IMG/VR virus record: IMGVR_UViG_3300028027_000073
Coordinates: 1-52,362 of that record
DNA: 52,362 nucleotides
Direction: 5' to 3' (one strand)
Source: a virus
Taxonomy: Duplodnaviria; Caudoviricetes
Positions 7,394 to 15,588 of this stretch are shown in pieces (position 1 is the first letter of the stretch; the number at the start of each line of letters is the position of its first letter). A model generated the notes under the pieces. The model was not told the origin of the DNA, did no database searches, and was given only the letters and a program-made list of their open reading frames with translations. The translations under genes were made by a program, and so were the position numbers.

Positions 7394-7797
7394 TTTGATA
7401 ATGGGTTCATTGTGCTACGTTTAACAGTATTTAGTTTATCATCCATTGCGTTTACGGTTGCTTCTAATTCTTTACGCAGACCTGATACCATAGCTGAAGT
7501 CTCACGAGAGTTGGCAATAGCGTCTGAAGACTTTTCACTAGCTTTCATAATAGATTCAGATAGTTGGTATTGTCTTTCATTTATTGCTTTAACTTGTATT
7601 TCTAAACCATTTAATTTAGACTCTATGGGAGCTAAATCTAAACTGTCAACAGCTTCAATTGCCGTAACCATCTTGTTGTAAAAAGTTATGCCTGCGTATG
7701 CCGAGCCAGCTACTATTGGCAATGCTATTAAAATCAATTTCAGAAGTGCCGAGCTGGATAAGCTCAAGCTGAAGGTTTTGATTTTTTCCGAACTCAT
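7390..7797 (-). CDS. Membrane-anchored coiled-coil protein
   Basis: N-terminal TM, heptad-rich C-terminus; 134/135 identical to 45092..45499. Confidence 0.8.
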   Translation of the reverse strand: MSSEKIKTFSLSLSSSALLKLILIALPIVAGSAYAGITFYNKMVTAIEAVDSLDLAPIESKLNGLEIQVKAINERQYQLSESIMKASEKSSDAIANSRETSAMVSGLRKELEATVNAMDDKLNTVKRSTMNPLSK

Positions 7798-8728
7798 TGT
7801 TTATCTCCGTATCAAATTTAAATGCGTCTGTTATTTCTATTTGTTGTATAATAGGTTTGTTAAGTATTTCTAATGAAAGGACTATTCCAAAACCATGTAC
7901 AAGCTCTTTACCCTTTGGTACGTCAAGTTTAGGACTCTCCTTGCTCTCATTCTTTTGTTCAGTCTTTGGTGGGTCTTTTGGGCTGTCTTCTTTTGCTTTT
8001 GGCTCACTTTTAGTTTCTTGTTTTGGTTGTTCAACCTTAACAGGAGCTGACTCTACTTTAGGTGGTTCAGGTGCAGCTAATGGGTTTACTTCTGGAGCAA
8101 CAGCAGGTGGTGGTGCAGGAGGTGGATTATTTACAGGGTTAAGGGGTGAGCTAGGGCTAACTGGAGAACTCACGTTAGTGACGTTTGTAGCACTCTTAAC
8201 ACATGTATTGTTTGTTTCTACCCAACCATTCCATACAGGACTTCCATAAGGGTCTGGGCAAGATGAAATGTTAGTTTCTGTAATAGAACCTACATAGTCT
8301 GCTTGACAGGCTAGTTGCCTAGTTTCAACACTTGCCTGACACGTTGGAGGGTCTTGTGTGCAGTTGTTGCTAGTTTCTGTCCAAGCTGACCAGCTTTGCG
8401 TAGAACAACTAAAATTCCTGCTTTGATTAACAGCACCGCTATAGTGAGGTAACGTACAAGCTGTGGTTTGATTTTCAACCAAGTCTGAACAAGCAGGTGT
8501 TTGATACGCACCGCATATTGGGTCACTTGGGTTATAAGATACGCACCAATAGTCTTTAATTGCAATGATTGGATCAATGCCATGACATACGAGAGAACCT
8601 TGAAGCATATAGCCTTCAGGCGTTGGAGTATAGTTGCAATACCAAGCATAAGCATTATTTACCTTTGTTAATGATAGAAGTAGTAATAGGCTCGTCAGCA
8701 ACAAGCGGTATCGTGTATGTATCGCCAT
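7655..8728 (-). CDS. Secreted Cys-rich protein with Pro/Lys/Glu-rich linker
   Basis: Signal peptide (RYRLLLTSLLLLLSL..AYA); Cys conserved in arm B; W-x-x-W-x-E-T-x-N-x-C repeats. Confidence 0.8.
   Translation of the reverse strand: MAIHTRYRLLLTSLLLLLSLTKVNNAYAWYCNYTPTPEGYMLQGSLVCHGIDPIIAIKDYWCVSYNPSDPICGAYQTPACSDLVENQTTACTLPHYSGAVNQSRNFSCSTQSWSAWTETSNNCTQDPPTCQASVETRQLACQADYVGSITETNISSCPDPYGSPVWNGWVETNNTCVKSATNVTNVSSPVSPSSPLNPVNNPPPAPPPAVAPEVNPLAAPEPPKVESAPVKVEQPKQETKSEPKAKEDSPKDPPKTEQKNESKESPKLDVPKGKELVHGFGIVLSLEILNKPIIQQIEITDAFKFDTEINNEFGKNQNLQLELIQLGTSEIDFNSIANSSWLGIRRHNFLQQDGYGN
8311..8655 (-). CDS. Candidate overprinted cationic amphipathic protein (114 aa)
   Basis: TAATG coupling to the upstream stop; same length in both arms; no Asp/Glu. 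Confidence 0.5.
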   Translation of the reverse strand: MLMLGIATILQRLKAICFKVLSYVMALIQSLQLKTIGAYLITQVTQYAVRIKHLLVQTWLKIKPQLVRYLTIAVLLIKAGILVVLRKAGQLGQKLATTAHKTLQRVRQVLKLGN

Positions 8729-9161
8729 ATAGTTTCTTGAATATAGAAGGGTTACGTTCATACCAACCACGTTTAGCAGCATCACCAATAGAACCATTTA
8801 TAGGACATGGTGAGCCTGACTGTATCATGGCTTCAAATACTCTATCGTCTTGACACAAGATAGATACTGCTGCAACTTTAAGACCTAAATCATTAAGAGT
8901 TTTAGCCAGTTTAATGCGTTCACAATTAACGTCTTTATAGCCAGAGCCACCACTTAAGCCAAACAATGTACTAGATACAGAACCAGTAACAGGAACAATA
9001 CAAACGTCTTGGCTAAAAGCACTTATAGAAGGGCTAATGGCACTAGGTGGTGGTTGACCTTTATAGTTAATAGTAGTAGTATCAGCGTGTGCAGTATGAA
9101 CCATAAATAAAACAAGTAAAACAATAATTGTCCAACTAAATATTTTAGAAAATGTTTTCAT
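8655..9161 (-). CDS. Secreted protein with four Cys
   Basis: Signal peptide ending AHA; mature part nearly identical in arm B despite a different signal peptide. Confidence 0.85.
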   Translation of the reverse strand: MKTFSKIFSWTIIVLLVLFMVHTAHADTTTINYKGQPPPSAISPSISAFSQDVCIVPVTGSVSSTLFGLSGGSGYKDVNCERIKLAKTLNDLGLKVAAVSILCQDDRVFEAMIQSGSPCPINGSIGDAAKRGWYERNPSIFKKLYGDTYTIPLVADEPITTSIINKGK

Positions 9162-9162
9162 G

Positions 9163-9321
9163 TTACATAAATTTATGAGTTAATAGAAATACAATCACAA
9201 AACCTGCTGTTCCTAATAGTATTTGTTCTAAACGTTTGAGTCTTGCATTTATTTGTTCATAGCGTAAAGCACATACTTCTTCGTGTGTACTCAATCTTGA
9301 TTCTACGTCTGACTTCACCAT
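9163..9321 (-). CDS. Small coiled-coil plus TM protein (52 aa)
   Basis: Hand-translated MVKSDVESRLSTHEEVCALRYEQINARLKRLEQILLGTAGFVIVFLLTHKFM; homolog at 46869. Confidence 0.8.
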   Translation of the reverse strand: MVKSDVESRLSTHEEVCALRYEQINARLKRLEQILLGTAGFVIVFLLTHKFM

Positions 9322-9322
9322 C

Positions 9323-9385
9323 TTATCCTTTCGGAGCATTATATAAGTTTATAGGGGGTAGGTATAAATCGTGCCATTCAATCAT
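9323..9385 (-). CDS. Possible 20-aa peptide MIEWHDLYLPPINLYNAPKG
   Basis: ATGA overlap with the upstream stop; fills the intergenic gap; absent in arm B. Confidence 0.35.
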   Translation of the reverse strand: MIEWHDLYLPPINLYNAPKG

Positions 9386-11001
9386 TGTTGATTTTGATAC
9401 ATTTTATCTAATTGTTGTAAGTATAAATCTGGCTCTAATAAACTTTGAGCCTCTTGTACTTTCTTAAGCTGTACACCTGCTTTAGCTGTTAAGTCAATAG
9501 GTGTTCCATATCTAGCTACTTTGCCACCAGCTTGAGTTAGCAATCCAGTAATTTTAGGCGATGTAATACCAATACCAAGTGCTGTTAATGGGCTTAATCC
9601 AGTACCAAATGCAATATTAAGTAACCCACCAGCACCACCCAAAGTACCAAGAACACTTTTTGGTTCAAAAGATTTCATAGATGCACCAGCAATTTCTGTA
9701 GATAAATCAATGCCAGTAGCCTTTTGCATTTTATCAGCAAGTGATAATTTAACACCAGTTTCATCACGAGTTGTTCTTAATAATTTTCTTAATGCTGTTT
9801 CTTGAGATGCTTTATTTCCACCAATAAGACCTCTGTCAATCTCTCTAATAGTTTCAATAGAGTTTTCGTAATCTGCCATTGCTTTTTTGTACTCTGGCAC
9901 TTCTTTAACAAGGTAGTTTTTTACACCATTACGAGTGGTGTCTATAACTCTTTGTGCTTGAGTCATCTTTACATCGTCTGGATACACAGCATCTATTCTT
10001 TGTTTTAAAAAGTCTAAACCAGCTGCTGTATGTAATTTAGGTTGAGATTCCCATGTATTAAGAATTTTCTCTACTTCATTAATTGCTGCTAATTCTTTAT
10101 CACCAACACTTACTTGACCTTTGTAAGTAATAGATTTTTTAGCATTATCAAAAGTTTCTCTAATTGGAGCAAAGTCTAATTTAGCTGGACTTGCAGCCCA
10201 TCCAGTATCTGTACCTTTAAATTGGCTTGATTTTTTAGCTGTTGAATATTGCAAATTTTTCTGTGCAATCATTTCTTGTAAACCAGCTTTTGCTTTATTT
10301 AATATTTCTATTGATTCTGTTTTTCCTACAATTTGATTAATTGCAGTATCAATACCAGCTTTAGAAGCTTCATATACTTTTTTAATAGCTTCACCACCAA
10401 CACCAGTTGTTAATCCTAGTATTGGAGGAAGACCAGCTTCTAGCACTTTACCGCTCATATATAATGGATTTGTTACTTTAGATAACTCTGAAAATCCTAC
10501 AGCAGGTGTAGTTACTTGCCTCTCTGTAAATGGAACTTTGCCTGTAACAGATGGAATTTTGTATGGCACAGCTTTAGATGCAATACCAGCACCTGTAGAT
10601 ATATCAAGCAATGCCTCTACTGGTCTTTCTTGAGCATATTGTTTAAATGATTCTGCACTTTGGTACGGTGCTGCAAATGCTCTAAACATTTCTTCTTGTC
10701 TAGATACTGGCATTTTTTCCAATACTTTTTCTGGAGAATACATTTGACCTAAACTTTTTCTTGCTGCTGCTTGTGCACCTCCAGCAAGAGTTTCACCAGC
10801 TGCATAACCAACTTGTGGTGCGTTAGTGATTACATTGTAGCCACCACGCAATATATCCAATAAGTTTTGAGGCACATTTGCACCAGCTTGTAAAAAAGAA
10901 AAGTTTGTTGGAACATCGGCTACAGCACCTGCTTTTAATGGACCAGATGTAGTAATGTCTGGAACTTTATTTTGCGTTAATTTATATAAATCTTCAGCCA
11001 T
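9382..11001 (-). CDS. Putative DNA ejection/internal virion protein
   Basis: Last gene of the ejection cluster; Ala/Gly-rich helical protein with glycine-zipper segments. Confidence 0.65.
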   Translation of the reverse strand: MAEDLYKLTQNKVPDITTSGPLKAGAVADVPTNFSFLQAGANVPQNLLDILRGGYNVITNAPQVGYAAGETLAGGAQAAARKSLGQMYSPEKVLEKMPVSRQEEMFRAFAAPYQSAESFKQYAQERPVEALLDISTGAGIASKAVPYKIPSVTGKVPFTERQVTTPAVGFSELSKVTNPLYMSGKVLEAGLPPILGLTTGVGGEAIKKVYEASKAGIDTAINQIVGKTESIEILNKAKAGLQEMIAQKNLQYSTAKKSSQFKGTDTGWAASPAKLDFAPIRETFDNAKKSITYKGQVSVGDKELAAINEVEKILNTWESQPKLHTAAGLDFLKQRIDAVYPDDVKMTQAQRVIDTTRNGVKNYLVKEVPEYKKAMADYENSIETIREIDRGLIGGNKASQETALRKLLRTTRDETGVKLSLADKMQKATGIDLSTEIAGASMKSFEPKSVLGTLGGAGGLLNIAFGTGLSPLTALGIGITSPKITGLLTQAGGKVARYGTPIDLTAKAGVQLKKVQEAQSLLEPDLYLQQLDKMYQNQQ

Positions 11002-11009
11002 GTTTTATC

Positions 11010-12536
11010 CTAGAAATAATATAATTCGTTATTCATAATGTAATACTGTGCATTTGGATCTAATCCAGACGCTTTGGCTGGGAAACGTTTTTTAATATAT
11101 GGGTTTGCACCAGAATATACTTTAATTTCACCTTTGTCTGTTTTTACTTTTGTTTCTAATGGTAAAAATTCTGATTTTGGAAACTCAAAGTCATTACCAT
11201 AATCATTTGCATATCCTTGATTAAGGTTAGCTTTTGCAGCTTGAATAGTTTGTAATAACTCAACAACTACTCTTTTACCTTCTTCTGGAGGAAGACCTAA
11301 CTTAATTTTATTTAAAGAAGCAATAATTCTATCGCCTTCTTTTTCTGATAAATTTCCTGTTCCAGCTGCACCAGAAGGTGAAAGTGCTTTTAGTTTTTTT
11401 AATTCACTTACTAAAGACGCACCTTCTGTACTTGTAATAAGGTTATTTAATTTAAATGCAGAAGTTCCTTCTATACCAGCACGCTTACTTGCTAAAGGAC
11501 CAAAAGCATTATCAAAATCTTTATCTGTAATAATATCGTATACTGTTTTTTCAAAATTATTTAAACTTGTAAATGAATCTGTTAATCTTTTTTGAATTTC
11601 ACTTTGATTATCTTTTAACTGCTGTCTTGTAACTGCAGAAACATCTTGTCTATTTACAAATGGAATGGTAGATGTTGTTTTTGCAGCAGGAGTAGGATTT
11701 GCAGATACATTTGTTTGCGGAACTTTTGTTGTATTAACTGCAGCAGGTTGAGTTTGTTGCGTAACCTGTGGTTGCGTTACTGGTGCAACATTAGTTTGTG
11801 TAGCGGTAGTAACTTGTGGCTGAACAACAGGTTGATTTGCTTGACTCATTCTGTTTGCTCTATCTAGTTTAATTTGAGCAATAATTTTATCTGCAGATGG
11901 CAATTCATCAAGTGGAGCACTTGGTAATTTGGCTTTAAATTCAGCTCTAGGAACTGCTTGTTTTGACTTTTCTATAGAAGAAACAGCAATAGCGTCTTTT
12001 GCAATACGCACATCAGCCATATCTTGTGCAGATGGGCTTTGAGGATTAATACCAAGTTCTTGCATAATTGAAAGATCTTGTTTATCAATCTCTGGAAGAG
12101 GTCTAAATCTTTCTTGTGTTTTTTGTAGTCTTTCTAATGTGCCTTTTGGATCAATAAAAAAAGCATTTGCTAATTCTGGGTTATTTCTAATAGCGTCTGC
12201 TAAACCAGCTTCTGTTCTTTCAAAACCTTTTAATTCAAACTGACCCTTTTTAATATTTTGCATAAGGTTAGTTAATTCAGTAGTAGTCATAAGGTTTCTA
12301 GTAGCTGCATCTATAGGAGCTTGTCTTCCTCCAACAGCACCAGTAAATCCACCTAATGCAGCACCAGCAACACCTTTATTCCAATTAGAAGCAATACCAG
12401 TAGCTAAACCAAGACCAGTGCCAATAAGTTGTTGCGTCTTAAGTCTTTCCTGTTCTTCTGGAGATAAAAGACCTGCAACAGGGCTTTGTCTTGTAAGAAA
12501 TAATGTATCTAATAAACCTTGAAAATTATCTGCCAT
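11010..12536 (-). CDS. Putative DNA ejection protein (P22 gp20-like position)
   Basis: N-terminal glycine zipper; LKALSPSGAAGTGNLSEKEG motif. Confidence 0.65.
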   Translation of the reverse strand: MADNFQGLLDTLFLTRQSPVAGLLSPEEQERLKTQQLIGTGLGLATGIASNWNKGVAGAALGGFTGAVGGRQAPIDAATRNLMTTTELTNLMQNIKKGQFELKGFERTEAGLADAIRNNPELANAFFIDPKGTLERLQKTQERFRPLPEIDKQDLSIMQELGINPQSPSAQDMADVRIAKDAIAVSSIEKSKQAVPRAEFKAKLPSAPLDELPSADKIIAQIKLDRANRMSQANQPVVQPQVTTATQTNVAPVTQPQVTQQTQPAAVNTTKVPQTNVSANPTPAAKTTSTIPFVNRQDVSAVTRQQLKDNQSEIQKRLTDSFTSLNNFEKTVYDIITDKDFDNAFGPLASKRAGIEGTSAFKLNNLITSTEGASLVSELKKLKALSPSGAAGTGNLSEKEGDRIIASLNKIKLGLPPEEGKRVVVELLQTIQAAKANLNQGYANDYGNDFEFPKSEFLPLETKVKTDKGEIKVYSGANPYIKKRFPAKASGLDPNAQYYIMNNELYYF

Positions 12537-12538
12537 GA

Positions 12539-13276
12539 TTATCCTATCCTTTTAACTTGTAAAAGATTGCCAGCCATTGGACCAGATTGACCTTTTCTAA
12601 TTTGTTGGTTGCCCATTGCTACAGCTTCTTGTAATCTTTGTTTATCTGCTTGTTCATTTTTTTGTCTTATATCTAAAAGACTTTGACCACCACTTAATAC
12701 AGTCATTGGATTTTGTTGGGCATATGACATAGTATTAGAACCTAGATCAGAAAGTCTTTCTCCAAATGTTAATGGTGTATCTACAGCTATACGTCTAGGG
12801 TCTAATGTTAATGGGTTTGGTGTAGAAGAAAATGAAAATGGAATACCAGTAGCAGGTGCACCAGATGCAGCAAATCCCAATCCATCATCAGCGACATTAA
12901 GATATGGGCTAATGTTTATTCCTTGACCTGCACCACCAATTACATTTGTAGGAAGTGAAGTATTAAATGCTATATCATCTAAAGAATTTAATGCTAAATC
13001 GTCTACAGTATTTGCAACAGTAGGAGCTAACTGAACACCAGTTCCAGTAGCAGAAGGTAACGCACTTTTGAAACCTGAAAATAAATTACCACCAGCACCA
13101 CCTGCACCACCTAAAATACCGCCAGTAGCAGCACCTAGCAATGCACCTTTAATAGGGTTTCCACCCATTACACCAGAACCTACAGCTCCGATAGCTGCTG
13201 GAACTAAAATTTCTGGACCAAGAGAAGGTTGTAAAAAGTTCTTAATAATCCATACAGGATTAAAATACTTAAACAT
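12539..13276 (-). CDS. Gly/Ala-rich putative ejection protein
   Basis: Glycine-zipper N-terminus, homologous to 49568..50275. Confidence 0.65.
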   Translation of the reverse strand: MFKYFNPVWIIKNFLQPSLGPEILVPAAIGAVGSGVMGGNPIKGALLGAATGGILGGAGGAGGNLFSGFKSALPSATGTGVQLAPTVANTVDDLALNSLDDIAFNTSLPTNVIGGAGQGINISPYLNVADDGLGFAASGAPATGIPFSFSSTPNPLTLDPRRIAVDTPLTFGERLSDLGSNTMSYAQQNPMTVLSGGQSLLDIRQKNEQADKQRLQEAVAMGNQQIRKGQSGPMAGNLLQVKRIG

Positions 13277-14388
13277 TATTTGCCTACCTTTCCTACTACA
13301 TAGCAGATTGGTTCTAAAATAGCACGATAAATCATGCCATAATTATCACGTTTTTTACCTCTTTTTTGTTTCCAGATATCAGCAGTCCTATGTCTTGCGA
13401 TATGCTCTAAAACACCCCTTAAAATGCGTTGTAGGGCATTCTTTTTACCACTCTTATAAGCATAGTTTACTAATGGTAAGAATAGAGTGTGATAACCTTT
13501 TTCGTATGCTGGGTCTAAATCTTTAGATTGAGCTAACCAAATAGCGTTACGGAAGCTACCAAAGCCATATTCAGCATTCATAGCTGTACATACAATCTTG
13601 CCACCACCTGATTGAGTTGTTTTTGTAACTTGACCAACTGGAGCACCGTATGCAGCACCCAAGTAAGCTTGTAGTTTTGTGTATGGTTTGTTTTGTTCAA
13701 ATTCGTATCTAGCAATTTGATCTTCAAGAGCTTTTTGTGAGTAGTCTTCTCTAACTTGACCAACATTCATAAGTTGGTTAATATCTTGGAATCTAGCTTG
13801 AGCTAATTGAGGAGCTTGTAATGCAGCTGCTTCTTGTCTAGCACGTTCATTAGCATAGTTTTGATATGCAAGTTCACCCGCTTTGCCAGTCAAAGTTGTA
13901 GCTAAAGTATTAGCGGCTCTATTTTGTAAGTCTGCAGAAACATTAGATCCATAACGACCAGCCATAGATGCTGAACCTTGTGCTTGTTTGATAGCATCAT
14001 TGTAAGCTTGTGTAGCTGTTTGAACAGCTGGTTGCATAGCAGCTTGGAAATATGGGTTAGCACCTAAATATTGACCTTGTACAGTACCTAATTGTTGATT
14101 AAGTGCTGCACCTGTAAGAGGGCTTCCTGCTCTTGCTTGTGCTTCAGCTTGTGCTAATGCAGATTCTGTTTGAGCAGATGGGCTAACATATGTTTGACCA
14201 GCAAAATATTCAGGTGTAGTAGTTTGATATAAGTTTTTAGCTTCAGTTAATCCATACTCTACAAATGGTCTTACAGTAGGATCTAATTCGCTTTTGGTTT
14301 CAGATGTGCCGCCACCACCAGAACCTCCACCACCATAAAATGTAAATGACTGTACTAATTCTTGTACCCAATTGTGTAACTTAAACAT
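13276..14388 (-). CDS. Ejection protein (P22 gp7-like position) with GGG-KIVCT C-terminal domain
   Basis: Short leader then poly-Gly; Gln/Ala-rich core; start matched to the arm B homolog. Confidence 0.75.
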   Translation of the reverse strand: MFKLHNWVQELVQSFTFYGGGGSGGGGTSETKSELDPTVRPFVEYGLTEAKNLYQTTTPEYFAGQTYVSPSAQTESALAQAEAQARAGSPLTGAALNQQLGTVQGQYLGANPYFQAAMQPAVQTATQAYNDAIKQAQGSASMAGRYGSNVSADLQNRAANTLATTLTGKAGELAYQNYANERARQEAAALQAPQLAQARFQDINQLMNVGQVREDYSQKALEDQIARYEFEQNKPYTKLQAYLGAAYGAPVGQVTKTTQSGGGKIVCTAMNAEYGFGSFRNAIWLAQSKDLDPAYEKGYHTLFLPLVNYAYKSGKKNALQRILRGVLEHIARHRTADIWKQKRGKKRDNYGMIYRAILEPICYVVGKVGK

Positions 14389-14398
14389 ATCTAGTTCC

Positions 14399-14797
14399 TT
14401 AAAGTGTATATTCCCATGTTTGAGGTTTAAAACCCATCTGTCTTGCTTTACGTTCCCATCCACGTCTTTCGGAGTTAAACGTAACTTTAGTTTTACCGCC
14501 TTGTTTTGCTATTTGTTGAATCTCTTGAAATGCTTGTGTAAAGAGTGCCTCATCATTAATTAATGACCATGCAGCCCATACATGAAGCCTGTTTCCGATT
14601 GGTTGAAGTACTACGAATCCTACTGGTTTATTGTCTATTATTCCCATAAACAACATAGAACGTTGCTCATAGCAATCACAATATACATCTTCTGGTATAT
14701 ACTCGGTATGACCTTTAGACCTGACTATTTCTAATCCGTGTCTAATGTATTCCCAATGTTGACGTAAATTATCTTTAGGTATGTAATGTAAAATCAC
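14399..14797 (-). CDS. GNAT-fold-like virion assembly protein (P22 gp14/T7 gp13-like position)
   Basis: GFVVL, LHVWAAW, S.RRGW.R....GF; lies between tail and ejection genes. Confidence 0.6.
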   Translation of the reverse strand: MILHYIPKDNLRQHWEYIRHGLEIVRSKGHTEYIPEDVYCDCYEQRSMLFMGIIDNKPVGFVVLQPIGNRLHVWAAWSLINDEALFTQAFQEIQQIAKQGGKTKVTFNSERRGWERKARQMGFKPQTWEYTL

Positions 14798-15588
14798 GCT
14801 ACTATAATATATCCGTATGTTTTATCTGCTGTACTGTTTGCAAAGTGTTTTAATGTTGCACTACCTTTAGTTCTAGCACTTACATATACATTAGTAGATG
14901 CTGAAGTTGATACATAACTCATTGTAGTAATAACGCTTGGTGTAGCTGGTCTTGTTGGACTTGTACCTGCTGCATAATGTTCTATAGACACACCAGTATC
15001 AGATACTTTCCACATAAGTTCAACATAGTCACCTGCTACTAATTCTAAATAAAAGTTTAATGCACCAATAATATGGCTTGGGTCACCACCACCTCTTCTT
15101 GGTGATAAACCAAACCTACTGTTTGATGCTGCAATATCTGTGCCATTTTTTCTAAACCAAACTTCTGCGTCTTGAGAGTCGTTGGTTGTATTCTTAAACT
15201 GTATAGAAAACTCTAAATTATAAAGACCACTATTTCTTACATTAAGCCTAGAACTGTTTGACAAATAAACACCATTAGAAAAGTCAGTAGTGTTAAATGT
15301 AATTGTATAAGCTGCTGTTGTTGATGCAGCAGTCTGGTCAGTTGAGTCTTGAAACGCACCATAAGGAACAGTATCACTACCAGCAGCAGTACTAATAGGT
15401 GTTAGTAGTATTATACTATTATAACCTATTCTTTCATCATATATCGTGGTAGTTGTAGCATTTCCTGTAGCTAAAGTAATTTCACCAGTATTGTTAGATT
15501 TACCTTCTACAAGGTTATTTACTACTTCTGATATTTCACGTGGGTCTGCACCAGCGTAGTTGAGCTTACGGTACATATCACGAGCCAT
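14794..15588 (-). CDS. Tail-associated structural protein
   Basis: Follows the tail hub gene; beta-rich C1q/BclA-like insert (GLYNLEFSIQF, GDYVELMW). Confidence 0.65.
   Translation of the reverse strand: MARDMYRKLNYAGADPREISEVVNNLVEGKSNNTGEITLATGNATTTTIYDERIGYNSIILLTPISTAAGSDTVPYGAFQDSTDQTAASTTAAYTITFNTTDFSNGVYLSNSSRLNVRNSGLYNLEFSIQFKNTTNDSQDAEVWFRKNGTDIAASNSRFGLSPRRGGGDPSHIIGALNFYLELVAGDYVELMWKVSDTGVSIEHYAAGTSPTRPATPSVITTMSYVSTSASTNVYVSARTKGSATLKHFANSTADKTYGYIIVA
14854..14980. repeat. 127-nt exact repeat of the window end
   Basis: Identical to 52236..52362 by direct comparison; identity breaks at 14853/52235. Confidence 0.95.

Noticed and set aside
7797-8249. 150-aa antisense ORF present in both arms (also 45499..45951)
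   Set aside because: Mirror of a Pro/Lys/Glu-rich linker, where antisense stops are rare; no RBS
14854-14980. 127-nt repeat as a biological terminal repeat or att site
   Set aside because: It lies mid-gene, equals a typical assembler k-mer length and ends at the window boundary; no integrase is present
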